DNA of 64,000 nt from Octopus sinensis (lineage: Eukaryota). Both the position numbers and the translations under genes were made by a program. The stretch's first letter is position 1. Each line of letters starts with the position of its first letter. The notes under the pieces are model-generated. The model was given only the letters and a program-made list of their open reading frames with translations. It did not search any database and had not been told where the DNA came from. The DNA lies in assembly GCF_006345805.1 (NCBI RefSeq), contig NC_043001.1, positions 102,920,001 to 102,984,000 on the forward strand. The letters are read 5' to 3'. Below are positions 40,030 to 53,240 of this stretch, piece after piece.

Positions 40030-40920
40030 CTCTTTTACTCTTTTACTTGTTTCAGTCATTTGACTGTGGCCATGCTTGAGCACTGCCTTTAGTCAAGCAA
40101 ATCGACCCCAGAGCTTATTCTTTGTAAGACTAGTACTTATTTTATCGGTCTCTTTTGCTGAACCGCTAAGTTATGGGGACGTTAACATACCAGCATCAGT
40201 TGTTAAGAGATGCTGAGGTGACAAACACAGACATACAAACATATACACACACATACATATCATCATCATTGTTTAACGTCCGTTTTCCATGCTGGCATGG
40301 GTTGGATGGTTCGACTGGGGTCTGGGGAGCCAGGAATCTGCACCAGGCTCCAGTCTGATTTGGCATGATCTGGCAATGTTTCTATAGCTGGATGCCCTTC
40401 CTAATGCCAACCACTCCATGAGTGTAGTGGGTGCTTTTTACGTACCACTGGCATGGGGGCCAGAGGAGGCTGGCAATGGCCACGATCGGTTGGTGCTTTT
40501 TACGTGCCACCAGCACGGAAGCCAGTCAAGGTAGCACTGGCATCGGCCATGTTCGGATGGTGCTTTTTACAAGCCACCGGCACAGGTATCACAACTACAA
40601 TTTCCATTTGATTTTCATTTTGATGTTGATGTACTTGACCTCAAGCACAACAGGTCGCCCTATCATCCAAGGTACTTTTGAATGGGCTGGGGCTGGTTAT
40701 GCGAAACTAGTATAGGATACAACCGTGAACTTACTTTAAATATAGATACATATATGACAGGCTTCTTCCAGTTTCTGTCTACCAAATCCACTCACAAGGC
40801 TTTGGTTGGCCCAAGGCTATAGTAGAAGATACTTGCCCAAGGTGTCACGCAGTGGGATTGAACCCAGGACCATGTAGTTGGTAAGCAAGCTACTTACCAC
40901 ATAGCCACTCCTGCACCTGT
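40030..40920 (-). mobile_element. CORE-like SINE split by an inserted RTE 3' end (~40258-40740)
   Basis: SINE tail at 40030-40255 and SINE head at 40755-40920, with an RTE tail and UTR between them. Confidence 0.8.
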
Positions 40921-41119
40921 ATGTATACTTACTATGAATAAGAATCTCATAAAATCAGAAGTTCTGATTTGCAAACTCAAGTTTCATCAATAAAGGTTAG
41001 TAAACTTGTACTACAAATATAGTGTTTATTTTATATATATTTCCATTATGAAAAAGATCTTTTGTCCATTACACTGGCATATGTCAGTCAAAAGAAAATA
41101 CATTTTACTATTTTGAACA

Positions 41120-41254
41120 AGAAGGCATGTGTGGTAAGAAATTTGTTTCCCAACCACATGGTTCCAGGTTCAGTTCCTTAGGTAAGTGTCTTCTACCAAA
41201 GCCTTGGGCAAACCAAAATCTGGTGAATGCATTTGGTAGATAGAAATGAAAGAA

Positions 41255-41314
<60 letters not shown>

Positions 41315-41530
41315 CTTTGCCCCCCACCCCCACCCGTCACTGCTTGACAAGTGGTATTGGCATGTTTACATCCCTGTAACTTTACAGTTCAACAAAAAGA
41401 GGCCAATAGAATAGGTACCAGGGTTAAAAAAAATAAAATAATTAAGTTCTAGAGTTGATCCATTCTACTAAAAATTCTTTAAGGTGGTGCCCCAGCATGG
41501 CTGCAGTCTAATGATTGAAATGAGTAAAAA
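41120..41530 (+). mobile_element. CORE-like SINE with internal (GT)n
   Basis: Same family as 20918-21320. Confidence 0.8.
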
Positions 41531-41995
41531 ATCAGCTTTAAATAAGAGTGTTGGCATATTCTTAAAACTAAAAAGTTCACTTCACAATCACATGGTTCTA
41601 AGTTCAAACCCAACGTGTAATAGTTAGGACATCTTCTATCATAGTGTCAGGTTGAGTAAAACCTTGAGTGAAATTAGATAAACAGAAACTGTGTGGAAGC
41701 CCAATCTCTGAAGATAACTCCATTCTAAAGTTATGTAATTTCCTACTGAAACAACCCATGATATATAGTTTCTTCCTCTCTTTCTTTCTCCAGTCTCAGC
41801 AGCCATGCAAAATACTATGAATGCTGCTCTTCCACATCAAAGTCATTAATTTTTTACCATTGGCTATAAACAAACAGGAATTTATCATCCTTCATATTGT
41901 ATGAGGGATGATAAAGAGAATAAAACAAAAAAACAAAGGCCACTGCCAATCCTTCTCGGAATATTTATACATACACAGTTTTTAACAATTCTTAC

Positions 41996-42096
41996 CTTGA
42001 CGAATTAAATTCTTGTTAATCATATAATCTCTCTTCATAACTTTGATTGCATAGAGTTTTTCTGGGTTTTCTTTTTTACATCCAAGAAATACTTTC
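41996..42096 (-). CDS. MASTL: Internal coding exon of Greatwall/MASTL serine/threonine kinase (end of Gly-loop, catalytic Lys, start of alphaC)
   Basis: The minus strand reads ttttattttcctacag|GAAAGTA...CGTCAAG|gtaag, 101 nt, phase 2 to phase 1. It translates (G)KVFLGCKKENPEKLYAIKVMKRDYMINKNLIRQ(V), matching the Greatwall pattern KV(F/Y)LG..K..KL(Y/F)A(I/V)KV.KK..MINKN...QV. The ORF track misses it. Confidence 0.88.
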
Positions 42097-42743
42097 CTGT
42101 AGGAAAATAAAAAAAAATTATGCTAATCATGATTTACATATTTATATATATATGTGTGTGTATACAATATGTGAGTGTGTGTGTGTGTGTGCGCATGCAT
42201 GCGTGCACACAAGGGGTATACCTAACTCCTAATTTCCATTACCTGTGTTGCAGGACAATGGGAGAGTCAAAATAAGTATTGTCAAGTGTAAAATGTAGTA
42301 ATATAGATGGTAAACATATGTTCAAGCCATGGGTCAGACAAATGATATATACACTTTGGTTCAAGTGGAAAGAGCAAACTATGTGTGTGTCTATGTTTCC
42401 ATGTGTGTGTGTGTGTGTGTGTACATGCACTGTATGTACATATACATATATATGCATGAATGTTTATATATTTGCGCATGTGAGTTACATGTATGTAGGT
42501 AGAGACCTGCTTGTATAGTTTTTCTCAGCTGACATTTTTCAAATCTGTCAACATTATTTCTCATCCCCCTTGCTTTGACCATCACCCCACCCCAACTCAC
42601 TTTTCAACCCCCTCCCTTACCTCTACTTCACCCTTTGCTCTTCTTCATTTCTTTCACTACTCCCTATCTATTTATCCACCACCATTAGTAAACATTTCAT
42701 CTCTCTCCCCACATCCACTGAATATTTTCTATATGAATATATA

Positions 42744-44031
42744 CAGGGTGCGGATGAATAAATTGTCATCTAAATTACACAAAAATGAAAATAACACTCA
42801 CATCTCATTTTAACATATATTCACCAAAATTACATAAAAATATCTTGAAATACTAAAGAGTAAATTTATTCAATAAAATCGTCATTGGCTTCAGCCATGG
42901 CTTCCAAACGTTCAGAATCTCCTGCAACTCTTCTGGACAGTCTCCTTGTTTAACTCGGTGAATATTGCCATAACCCTTGCCTTCAATTCATCATATTTGG
43001 TGTAACAAGGAGTTTTGTCAGTCTCTTGCTCAACTGCGCCCCACACAAAATAATGAAGGTGGTGGCAGTCTGGGGAGTTAGGTGGTCAGATGTTAGGGGT
43101 GATGTGGTTGCAGAAACTGTCTGACAGCCATGACTGGGTTCTCCTGCTTGTGTGGCATGGTGTGGAGTCTTGTTGCCAGACATAGGGTCTTCCAGCAGCT
43201 ACCCTCCTGACCCAGGGCAACACTACCTCCTCCAGACACTTGATGTAGGCCTGCATGTTAAGTCTGAGGCTGTGGAAAGATGAATGGAGACATAATGTCA
43301 CTATCAATAGTGATCACTCCAAACACCATGATGTGGACTGGATGTTTGATTTTTATCACTCTTGGTACATGTTATGGGAACATGGCAAGCCAACAGTTGT
43401 TCTGTGTGTTCACCATTTGATCCTAGCAGAAAATTTTCTTGTCTGAAAAAACCCAAAGCATGTTCAGTTGGAGGGGATGCTTGAGTTTGTTGAAAAGCTT
43501 CATAACATGGGCTTTCCTCCTATCCTTGATGGCTTAGGATGAAAATTGTCTCTTTCTCATCTTGTATGAGGAATACTGAATGTCTTCATGCACCTCTTCT
43601 GCCTGATAAGAAACTCAGACACTTCCATGGCCCTGGCCTGGCAATGGACCTGATTGACTTGGAGGGATCAGTGTCAATCATGGCTTGGATCTCATCAACA
43701 AATTCAGGAGTTTTTTTCTTATCAGAATGATCAGAGTGAATTTTCCGAGCTGCTTTACCTTAGTAATCACCATTAGACTCATCCAATTCTTTCCAAATCT
43801 TCTGCACTGTCCTCAGATTGACACCCGAACACTCTGAAGCATTCATATTGGAGCTTCCGGCACAAATGCCAAGCAGTACAGCAGAGTGAACTGCATCATG
43901 GTGCTGTTTTTTCTCACAGATGGTGCCCGACTAACCCTACTATACTGTGTAGTCAACGAAATCAAAAACAAACAATGCGCATGCGTGAAATGAAAAATAT
44001 AAAATGGCGACAATTTACCCATCACACCCTG
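42744..44031 (-). mobile_element. Full-length (1288 bp) Tc1/mariner element, DD37D (maT) type, with pseudogenised transposase
   Basis: TA|CAGGGTG...CACCCTG|TA with ~25-bp imperfect TIRs. The peptide WQQDSTPCHTS...NI*PPNSPDCHHLHY has 37 residues between the second Asp and the third catalytic position, which has decayed to His. Confidence 0.9.
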
Positions 44032-45871
44032 TAGATATATATATATATATTAAGTATACATGTGAATGTGTATGTACGTATCTACAAACACATACACATG
44101 CATTGTGTGTGTGGGCATGTATGTGTAAGCCAACACTTTACACTTTGTAACAAGTTTTGCATTTCTAATCTTCAGGAAAAAATATGAAGTGTGGTACATG
44201 AAATCCATTGTTTCAAAGACATAGCAAGATGAGGACAAAACAACAGCTGTTGAATTAGTGCAGAAGAATAATTGTTAAAATAAAAACAACAAAAGAGAAA
44301 GAAGTGAGACAGTAGTTATACAAAGTAAGAGAATAAAGAATAAAAAGTTGCAATGATTAAAGATAAGTTATTGGAAATATAAAAGGCAAAAGAATAAAAA
44401 CAAATTATGAAAGGCAATAAGTTTGAGAATGGGATTCTACAGGTACATTCACTGGTTAACAGTCCTTACTAAACTGAGAGATAAATGGCAACTGACATGA
44501 CTACAAAAAGTGGTCATGAAATGGTATTATGGACACCATAAGTACACAAATGTACTTACATATACCTGCACACACACACGTACATATCTATAAAAAGGTG
44601 TATAGATGTATAGAGATAAATAACGTGAATAGAGGTGACAGATAAAAACAGAAAAATGAAAAAAAGCACTACTTTAGCAGAAGGTCATCCGTAATTGCCG
44701 GGATAAAAAAATTGCCAAGATGACAACATTAAAGTAAATACAAATCCTCAACTGTGGGATTATGGCCTTACAAGATTCTGTTATAGAGATGCGAAAATAT
44801 AATGATTACAAAAACATTAAAATATCAATGTGGAAATAATGTGTGCATGTGCATGTATGTGAGTGCATGTGAGCATGAGAAAAAAGTCTTGCTTAGATCT
44901 GCATGAAAATATGTGGTATGATTGAAAATGCATATAGGCTCATAAAAATACATGCAAGTTCGTGAAAAATTGTTATCCCAGAATGCTATAACATACAAAG
45001 TAGACATGAAGAATTGGGTGGGGAAGATAATGATATGAAAGCAATGACAAAATGATGACAGCAAAGGTACGAGGGGAAGAGTCAAGGTACTATAGAAGCA
45101 AGGCGGAGTAAAACAGGGCGGGATTGTGAAGAAAAGAGAGTGAAAGAGATATTACTGGTGAAGCAATACAGCTCCATGGAATATATTTTTGGAACTTTGT
45201 CATTCATGTTCACTGGCATTAAAGATCCAACAGAGCATACACGCCACATTTCATTCTCGTTTTTACATTCTTCTGCATTCAATGCCCATGCACTTCTTTG
45301 ACGATGGAAGACCAACTACTGAAACTGCTAAGAAACACAGACTCATATCATAGAAAGCCCACGTTCAAATAACATTTTGAGCCAGTGAAGATAGATTCAA
45401 CTTTATAAAAATACCCAATTTCACAAAATCTGTGACAAATTCCAATGCCACATAGAAAGCTGCCTAAATTTCTAGGTCATTGCTGAGAAAATGCACCCCT
45501 CTGATAAGACTAACAACTTCTACAGGGTAGATAAAACTACATGTAATAGATTACTATCCAACATCATTACTAGAATGTATAATTTCCATTTTTCTAAACT
45601 TAAAAGCTAAAGATATTATAACTGAACTCAGGATGTATTCAAGTACGACTCGTATCAAGAAAACACCAGTACACCACAATAAGACAACATTTCAAAGTGC
45701 TTCACATTATTATAACAAGGTACTTGACTGCAATGAATTTTCAGAAAGAGTAAAGAATACTACTAAACTTTGCTTCTCAGCATAAAACAAAAAAATTTCT
45801 GTTTTACAACACAATCTTCAGCTGGAATGTCTGATGCAAACAGCCCAAGAAGTTCCTAGAGTCAATGTCTT

Positions 45872-45945
45872 TTCATTTTACAAAAAGTTATACTACAAGA
45901 TTTTCAATAGAAATTACGTCAAAATATCATATTCTTGTGAGAATT
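45872..45945 (+). mobile_element. Penelope-like element relic
   Basis: HFTKSY, then after a frameshift YKIFNRNYVKISYSC, matching the Penelope motif HFPK.H.L.KIFNRNTVK(V/I)SYSC. Confidence 0.6.
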
Positions 45946-46959
45946 CCACCAACTTCATCAGATTACTCACTTCTAAATAATTGTTCAATGATAACATTTC
46001 CATCCTTGCATGTAACTACAAGTATCCATCTAATTTTGCAATTTGTAGGAAGGATTTACCAAACACAAATACAATAAATTTTTCTAATGCTGAGAATATT
46101 TACACATTCCATTGTAAAGAATATTAGAGGAACATTCCCTTCAAATTTTCCATTAAATCTAAATAGAATAGACCTAATAATGTAGTTTGGAACAGAAATA
46201 AAACTCTGTGTTGGTGAAGTGATCAGCTGCCCTGTTCATGTGAGTATTTCATTGAAATTTAATGAAAAAGAGACATTTATGGCTGACTGCTTTGAAACCT
46301 ATTGCTTACTACCCAGACTTCATTTTATTTTTACTCATTATTGGTGTACTTGGTTTTGTTACAAAGTGTAATAATTTTTTGAAAGCAAAAGAGACCTGTT
46401 TTCTGCTAATTCTATCTATAAATGGATCAACCCATGTCAGTGTGGAAAAGTAGTTGTAAAATAAACGATTGAATGAATGATAATATCAGCACTTAATAAA
46501 TTAATGTTAATTATTTACATTTACTTCACAATTCAGGCTATATTTGAATAAAAAAAGAATGTATCTGTTTTTGAATACATATATATTTATATATCAATGT
46601 AAAGGATATTGATGAAACATGCCCATCAAAACTTAACATAATAGGCCTGATGTGGCTGTTACTTACAAATACACACACATATAACTATGCATATACATAC
46701 ATTTCTATCCTATTTCACACAAAGAACATTATAAATACTAAACCATTGATAAAAATATATCATAGAAAGGTACTGTGAACAAAGATAGAGTGACTCCAGA
46801 ATATTACATCATACCTGGAACTCTTCTCTAACAACAAGTTAGAATTCCCCTCTTGCAAGACAATATCTCACAATACATTTGCAGAACCAATGCTAATACA
46901 TTTGGGATACTTGAGTGGTCTATAAATGAAATCCCAGAAAGATACTGTCATTAGCTGGA

Positions 46960-47610
46960 AGCTTTCACTTGAAGAAGTGCCACTCCCAAACAGTTGAAGG
47001 AATCTGGGGTAGAGGTAGACTCATGAAGACATGGGATGAGGTGGTGAAGCATAATCTTGGAATGTTGGGCTTCACAGAGGCAATGACGAAAGACCAAGAC
47101 CTCTGGAGATATGCTGTGACTGCGAAGACCTGGCAAATAAAGTGAGTTCACAGCTATAACCTACACCAGTGTTGCATAACCAGCCCCGGTCCATTCAAAA
47201 GTACCTTGGATCGTAGGGCGACATGCTGTGCTAGGGCACCATACCATGCTTTAGGAGACCTATTGAGTCAAGCACATCAAAATCAAATGGAAATTGTAGT
47301 TGTGATCCCCATGCCAGTGGCACTTAAAAGGCACCATCCAAACGTGGCTGATGTCAGCGCCACCATGACAGGCTTCTGTGCCAGTGGCACGTAAAAAGCA
47401 CCAACCGATCGTGGTCGTTGCCAGCCTCCTCTGGCCCATGCCAGTGGCATGTAAAAAGCACCCACTACACTCTCGGAGGAAGGGCATCCAGCCGTAGAAA
47501 TACTGCCAGATCAGACTGGAACCTGGTGCAGCCTCCTGGCTTCCCAACCCCAGTCGAACCTTCCAACCCATGCCAGCATAGAAAGCGGACGTTACACGAT
47601 GATGATGATG
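46960..47610 (+). mobile_element. RTE LINE 3' end: ORF2 C-terminus, complete 3' UTR and (GAT)n tail
   Basis: VEGIWGRGRLMKTWDEVVKHNLGMLGFTEAMTKDQDLWRYAVTAKTWQIK* runs on into tandem repeats, the GGAAGGGCATCCAG domain and GCGGACGTTACAC(GAT)n. Confidence 0.88.
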
Positions 47611-48540
47611 AAAAGATGAAGGCAGGAGAGGTTTAAGATCAGTGCAAACAGTCTCCTACAGTCATATAGTATCTCAAAGACACTACCTGCTAAACAACTG
47701 TAGCAAAAATACATAAGCCAAATGTTGAAATGTGAAAAGAACAACAGTCTAGAAGTTGACAGTAAGCTCCTGAAGACGTATTCTCTTCCAGATGACATCC
47801 CATAGAACTCTAAAATAGCTGAACATACCCCAAGAAAGACCTAGATGTAAAATGCTCATCATACCAGAAAAACAGCTGTGCATGGCTACGTTTCGTGTAA
47901 AGTTCAAGATACTACTAATATCGACATGAAGCATAGCCTTTCTTGGGATCATGACAACTACATAACATTACATTTTGAAAGCTATGCCTTTGTAACCTAA
48001 GAGCAGGAAAATGATACAAAATACCTAATGAACAAAAGAGACAGTGAAGTACTTGGAGTCCCAAGATGCAACCAAAAATGTCAGTTATCAAACATTTCTG
48101 TGAAAGACATCACACATGTAATCAGCAACTGCCCAAAAATGCCATCCAATGTACTACCTCCTTATGTTGCTGTTGCTAAAACAATATACAATGCCATCTG
48201 AAAAAAAAAAGACTGTCCTGGGATAAATATAACAAAATCTCCAATATTGCATACATACATAAATATCAACACAAAGAATATTGGTGGAACAATCCCGTCA
48301 AAATTTCTGTCAAGTGCAAACATAGCAGACCAGATATAGTTGCCTGGGACAGACAAGAGAAAAATATGTACTGCCATCAAAATCAGCTGCCATCCTGATG
48401 TGAACATCTCTTCAAAAATGAAAGAGAAAGAGGATAAAGTATAAACTGCTGCTTCAAAATCTTTAGCTTCTATATCCAGATTATAAATTCATATTTGCAC
48501 TAATAATTTGTTCACTTGGTTATGTTAGGAAATGCCCAAG
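47611..48540 (+). mobile_element. R4/Dong-type LINE relic (RT C-terminus, zinc knuckle, restriction-like endonuclease)
   Basis: Peptides GRRGLRSVQ, DITHVISNCPKM, KHSRPDIVAWDRQEKICTAIKISCHPDVNISSKMKEKEDK and LYPDYKF...LGYV. Confidence 0.82.
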
Positions 48541-48826
48541 TGACAATGGGGGAAAGCTAGAGTTTTCAAATAAAGAAATCAACCAGTGAACACTCACACA
48601 ACAAATAAAATTTGTAAGTGGAACAGTAAAAATATGCAAGACACTTCTCAAGTTCAACATTTGACTTTGTTTTTGTGATCTATATTCCAACAATGAAGCT
48701 TTGTATCATTGTTAGAAACCAGCTCCTTCCTCTTACAGAAAGAATTCAAATAATTAAAAATAGCAGAGAACATATATACCTAAGCACATGTCTATATACA
48801 TAGATGTGTGTATACACACACACACA

Positions 48827-48870
<44 letters not shown>

Positions 48871-49029
48871 AATACAAAAAGATATAATGCTGAATGAAGT
48901 AGCAAAAAAAGATAATGATTCCGATTTAGGAGAAAAGTCCTTTTATGTCATTAAAAGCTATCAATTTTGAAACAGATATCAAATATCAGATATAAATTGA
49001 ATTTTCACTACTTTGAATTCTAATCAGCA

Positions 49030-49300
49030 GTGGTGGTATTAATGGTTGTACTGATGGTGGTGGAGATGGTGATGCCAGTCATGGTGGCAGTGGTGCTGCT
49101 GGTTTTGACTGGTATGGTGATAGTAAATGAAAGTAGTAGTGATGGTGGTGGTAAACGGAGTAGAGCTGGCTATGACTGGAGTGGTAGTAACAACTGGACT
49201 GGTGATGGCAGTAGTTGTGCTGTTAGTCACGTTAGTTTCAATGTTGTGTTGGCAATGATGGTAAACACACTGGTAATAACAGCAATGGTAGCTGGCTAGA
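49030..49300. repeat. Degenerate (GGT/GAT/AGT)n trinucleotide tract
   Basis: Seen directly. Confidence 0.8.
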
Positions 49301-50304
49301 AGAAGATGTTGGAGCTTGTAGTATTGATGAGGAATGGGGTGCTGGGCACTGCAGTACATCAGATTTAGTAGGCCAAAATTCTACTTTTGATATACTTTTA
49401 ATTAAATTAAATTAATGGCAAATGAATTATTTCACTATCAGTAGCTAATGTGTTCATTAAATGAAATAAAAATGCTCTGATCTACAACTTTTGCAAATAA
49501 AACAGATAGAAACAGCGATATCCCAAGAGAAAATTAAGCAATAATAATACACAGAAAGATGAATAATGGTTCATCATTATAAGTAACCACAAATCTTTCT
49601 ATAAAAGTTTCTCTCTCTCTCACTCACACACACGCACACACATACACATATGTATTCACTCACACACATGTACAAACAGGTCCTGCTAACCATGCAACTA
49701 TTGAAAAATACTTTAGTATTTTATAGATTCAACCCAGTACTAACTATCTTTTACCAACATCTGGCTAATAGAATTTTTGAAGAAACTTAATCACTCATCA
49801 ATTTTAAGAAGCTGTCTAGTTTACATTAATGCATCCTGTATTAAATTTTGTAGATGCAATTAATGAACGCAGCTCAAAGATTTCAAGTCCAAATCATGCA
49901 ACCATAAAATGTATGTTATTAGACGTTAGATTGACTTAATCAATGAAGGCACTAAATTCCAGTGCTAAGAAAACCAGTTCAATTGAAAATGGTTTAAAAA
50001 CTATGATGTCATTTGTCAATTTTAGATGGACTTTCTAAAATGAAGAGCACATAAAGTGAATAAGAAACTTCCGACAGACCATAACTTGTGTTAGAACACA
50101 GAGCCTAATGAGGAATTTATATTTATTGCAATCCGTTTATATTCATTTCTGTGAAAGATAAAGCAGGTATAATTAATGTTTTCTTCAAAGTCACAACTTA
50201 GATCAATGTCTGAGACCAGATGCAAGCATTTTGTGAACTGAGTAACTAAAAGTGTATCATTTCAGTCAATCCCCTTCAGCTTAGCTAAGTATCCAGTGTT
50301 GGTC

Positions 50305-50665
50305 ATTCTTTTACTTGTTTCAGTCATTGGACTGCAGCCAAGCTGGGGCACTGCCTTGATGAGTTTTTAGTCAAACAATTCACATCCAGTACTTATTTAT
50401 TCTATCAGTCTTTTTTTTTGTTGAACCACTAAGTTACAGAGATATAAACAAACCACTGCAGGCTGTCTAGCAGTGGGAGGGTGAAGGTCAAACACACACA
50501 CACACACACACACACAAGTTTCTTTCAATTTCCATCTACCAACTCACAAGGCTTTAGCCAGCCCAAGTCTATGGCAGAAAACACCCAAAGTGCCACACAG
50601 TGAGACTGAACCCAGAACCATGTGGTTGAGAAGCTAACTTCTTACCATACTCCCATGTCAGCACC
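50305..50665 (-). mobile_element. CORE-like SINE
   Basis: Reverse complement of the 20918-type SINE. Confidence 0.75.
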
Positions 50666-52129
50666 TTTTGAGGCTACACTGCATATAATCAATCTTTCCT
50701 TGATAATGTAGGGAAATATTAACTTGAAATTAATAAAAGCACAAAAAAATCTTTGAAAACTTTTGGTATTTCAAGTTTAGCTTTTATGAATACAGTATAC
50801 TATAATACCATTATTGTACACTGTGATAAGAAACAAGTATTGAAAACAGCTATCTCGTAATAATAATCAGAATGGTCAAAAGGAATATCTACCAGCACTT
50901 TCGCTTTCAAATAATTACAGTTATGCTTTGTGAAAGAAAATGGAAAAAACAGTAATTCTATGGTTTACAATGAAGATAACTAAATTAAACTGAATCACTA
51001 TTCACTGAAACTGACACAAAATGAGCAGGTTTTTATGCTGGAAAAAAATAATGACACTAGATAAAATATAGAATTTAAAACAAAGACTTAACTGTAGAAA
51101 AAAGAAAACAAAATGATTTTAGAAATATACGCTCTAAGCATGATGAAAACAAGAGACCTAGATATAATGATACAAAGTGAATTTGAAAATATCTGAATTA
51201 CTTGAAGACGAATGAATATGTAGCTTATGAAAGATTTAGAATACAGAACAAAGTTAGCATGATCAAAATTTAAAGAAAGGATAATTTTAAAAATTAAAAA
51301 AATATACTGCTATATTATCACTTGCGTTTACAATTCACAAAAAATTTTTAGATATGAGGATTAGTCCATGCAAAACAAAAGTCATTTTTATCATGTACAT
51401 CCTTTTGCTAAATATGGCTTACTGCAATTTCCTTCCATCACTTGTGTCACAATGTAGATATTGAAAAAAAAGTTTTAATAAGTAGAACAGAAGACAAGAA
51501 CACTGTTTCCATCGAAGAAATGGCAGTGTTCAATATGCAGAAAAGAAATAGACAAGAAATCCAGCAGTGTGCACAAGGTGAATACAGAGTGCACCAGATG
51601 TGCAAATGCATACACATATATACATGCACGCATGCACACACACACACACTCATATAGATCTAGATATAAATATTAGAAAAGGCATAAATAATGGGATTTG
51701 CATATTCATTTTGTGCATCATAGACTTACAGCTGTTTCTAATATGTATTTTAGGTGCATACACAGTTCTGTTTACTCAAATCTGGAACCACCAGGTTCCT
51801 CTCAACCTGTGTAATGTAACTTCTCAACAATTGTTACAATCCTTTTTTAATGATAATTCTTTTCATGTCCTTTTTACAATCCTCTCTCTCCTTTTGAAAT
51901 AACCCTTTCTAATTTTTCTCTGCCACAGGCTCCTCTCTACTTCCTTTAAATAATTTTTTTTGACAATGCTTTTTTAATCTTCTCTACCTTTTGACATAAT
52001 CCTTCCTATTTTACATACTCTTCCACACTCAACTGCTTTTTCTTTTGGATATTATACCTAATCTCTTTATTTTTTTCCCCCATTTTCTTATCAACCTTGT
52101 AACTTTTCATCTGACCTTGCACCCAATTT

Positions 52130-52330
52130 AATTTAAATACCGGTGCCACATAAACACACCTGTACTGGTGCTGCATAAGAGCACCCAGTACAAGCTGTAA
52201 AGCGGCTGGCATCAGGAAGAGCATCCAGTCATAGAAATCATGCCAAAACAGACATAGAGCCTAGGTAGCTGGCCAGCTCATGTCAAACCATCCAACCCAT
52301 GCCAGCATGGAAAGTGAATGATGATGATGT
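52130..52330 (+). mobile_element. RTE 3' end
   Basis: Conserved domain and (GAT)n tail. Confidence 0.72.
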
Positions 52331-53240
52331 TTCTACACCATTTTCTTCAGTTTTCACCCCAATTTTTTTCCATGTCTCCCTCTCATTTATACCACATTCA
52401 TATCCTGCTCTTGTGCAACTTCCCTCACCTCTAGCTAAGCAACTGCACTCCACACTATTAATGCAGCTCCCCTTACAGATACCCTGGTATACATGCACAA
52501 AACACCCAACAACTTCCTCACTCTTCCCCAAAGAACCACATTCCCACCTTGCTCTTAAAACTTTTTTCCTTCTTCTCTCCTTTCCACCACCTTTCCCCTT
52601 TTCATCTTTCTGATGAATGACTATTGTCCAAAACATCAAAAACCCTTTCTCTTTCCTTTCAAGCATCAGACTGATAACCTAATAATACGTTTATGAAAAC
52701 TGGTCCCTTTAGTTGGGTTTTTCTTCTTTTTACTCATTTATCATATATACATATGTCTGTGGTGGGGGTCAGTAGATAGGTAGGTCATTAGTTAGTCAGA
52801 TACATATACATACATCTATACATATATTCATACATATTAACATTTGTTTTTATGTCCAGTTACAAAAAAAACAATTTCACATTAATTTCATGGGTTACTC
52901 TATACTTTTGTAGAATACAAATTTATTATTCTTAAACAAGAATGTTGTTGACAGTAACTTCAAAGTTTCGACTAGCTAAGCCATTGTTGGACTGTGATGC
53001 ATTAGAGTTAATTTTGCTTTTATATATAGTCTCTGTTGAGTTAAAATCTTCTTTGGCTGTGTGGGTTTGAATGGGGTAGTAATTAGGTTTTCATTGTTGG
53101 TTGCATGGAGGGGTGTTTTGGAGAAATTTTAAGAGATTAAATTTTGGGTTATGTTATTGTTTAGATTTCGTTTCTGGATTTGGTTTGCAAGATTCTTTAT
53201 ATGAGTTCATGTGTTGAAGCATATTCTGTTGTGTCTGGGG

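Noticed and set aside
45082-45315. Minus ORF with VPKIYSMELYCFTSNISFTLFS, in register with Greatwall VPKPPSIEEFSIVKPISRGAFG, 3 kb upstream of the MASTL exon
   Set aside because: The invariant Gly-loop (RGAFG) is absent and there is no phase-2 donor, so this is most likely coincidence.
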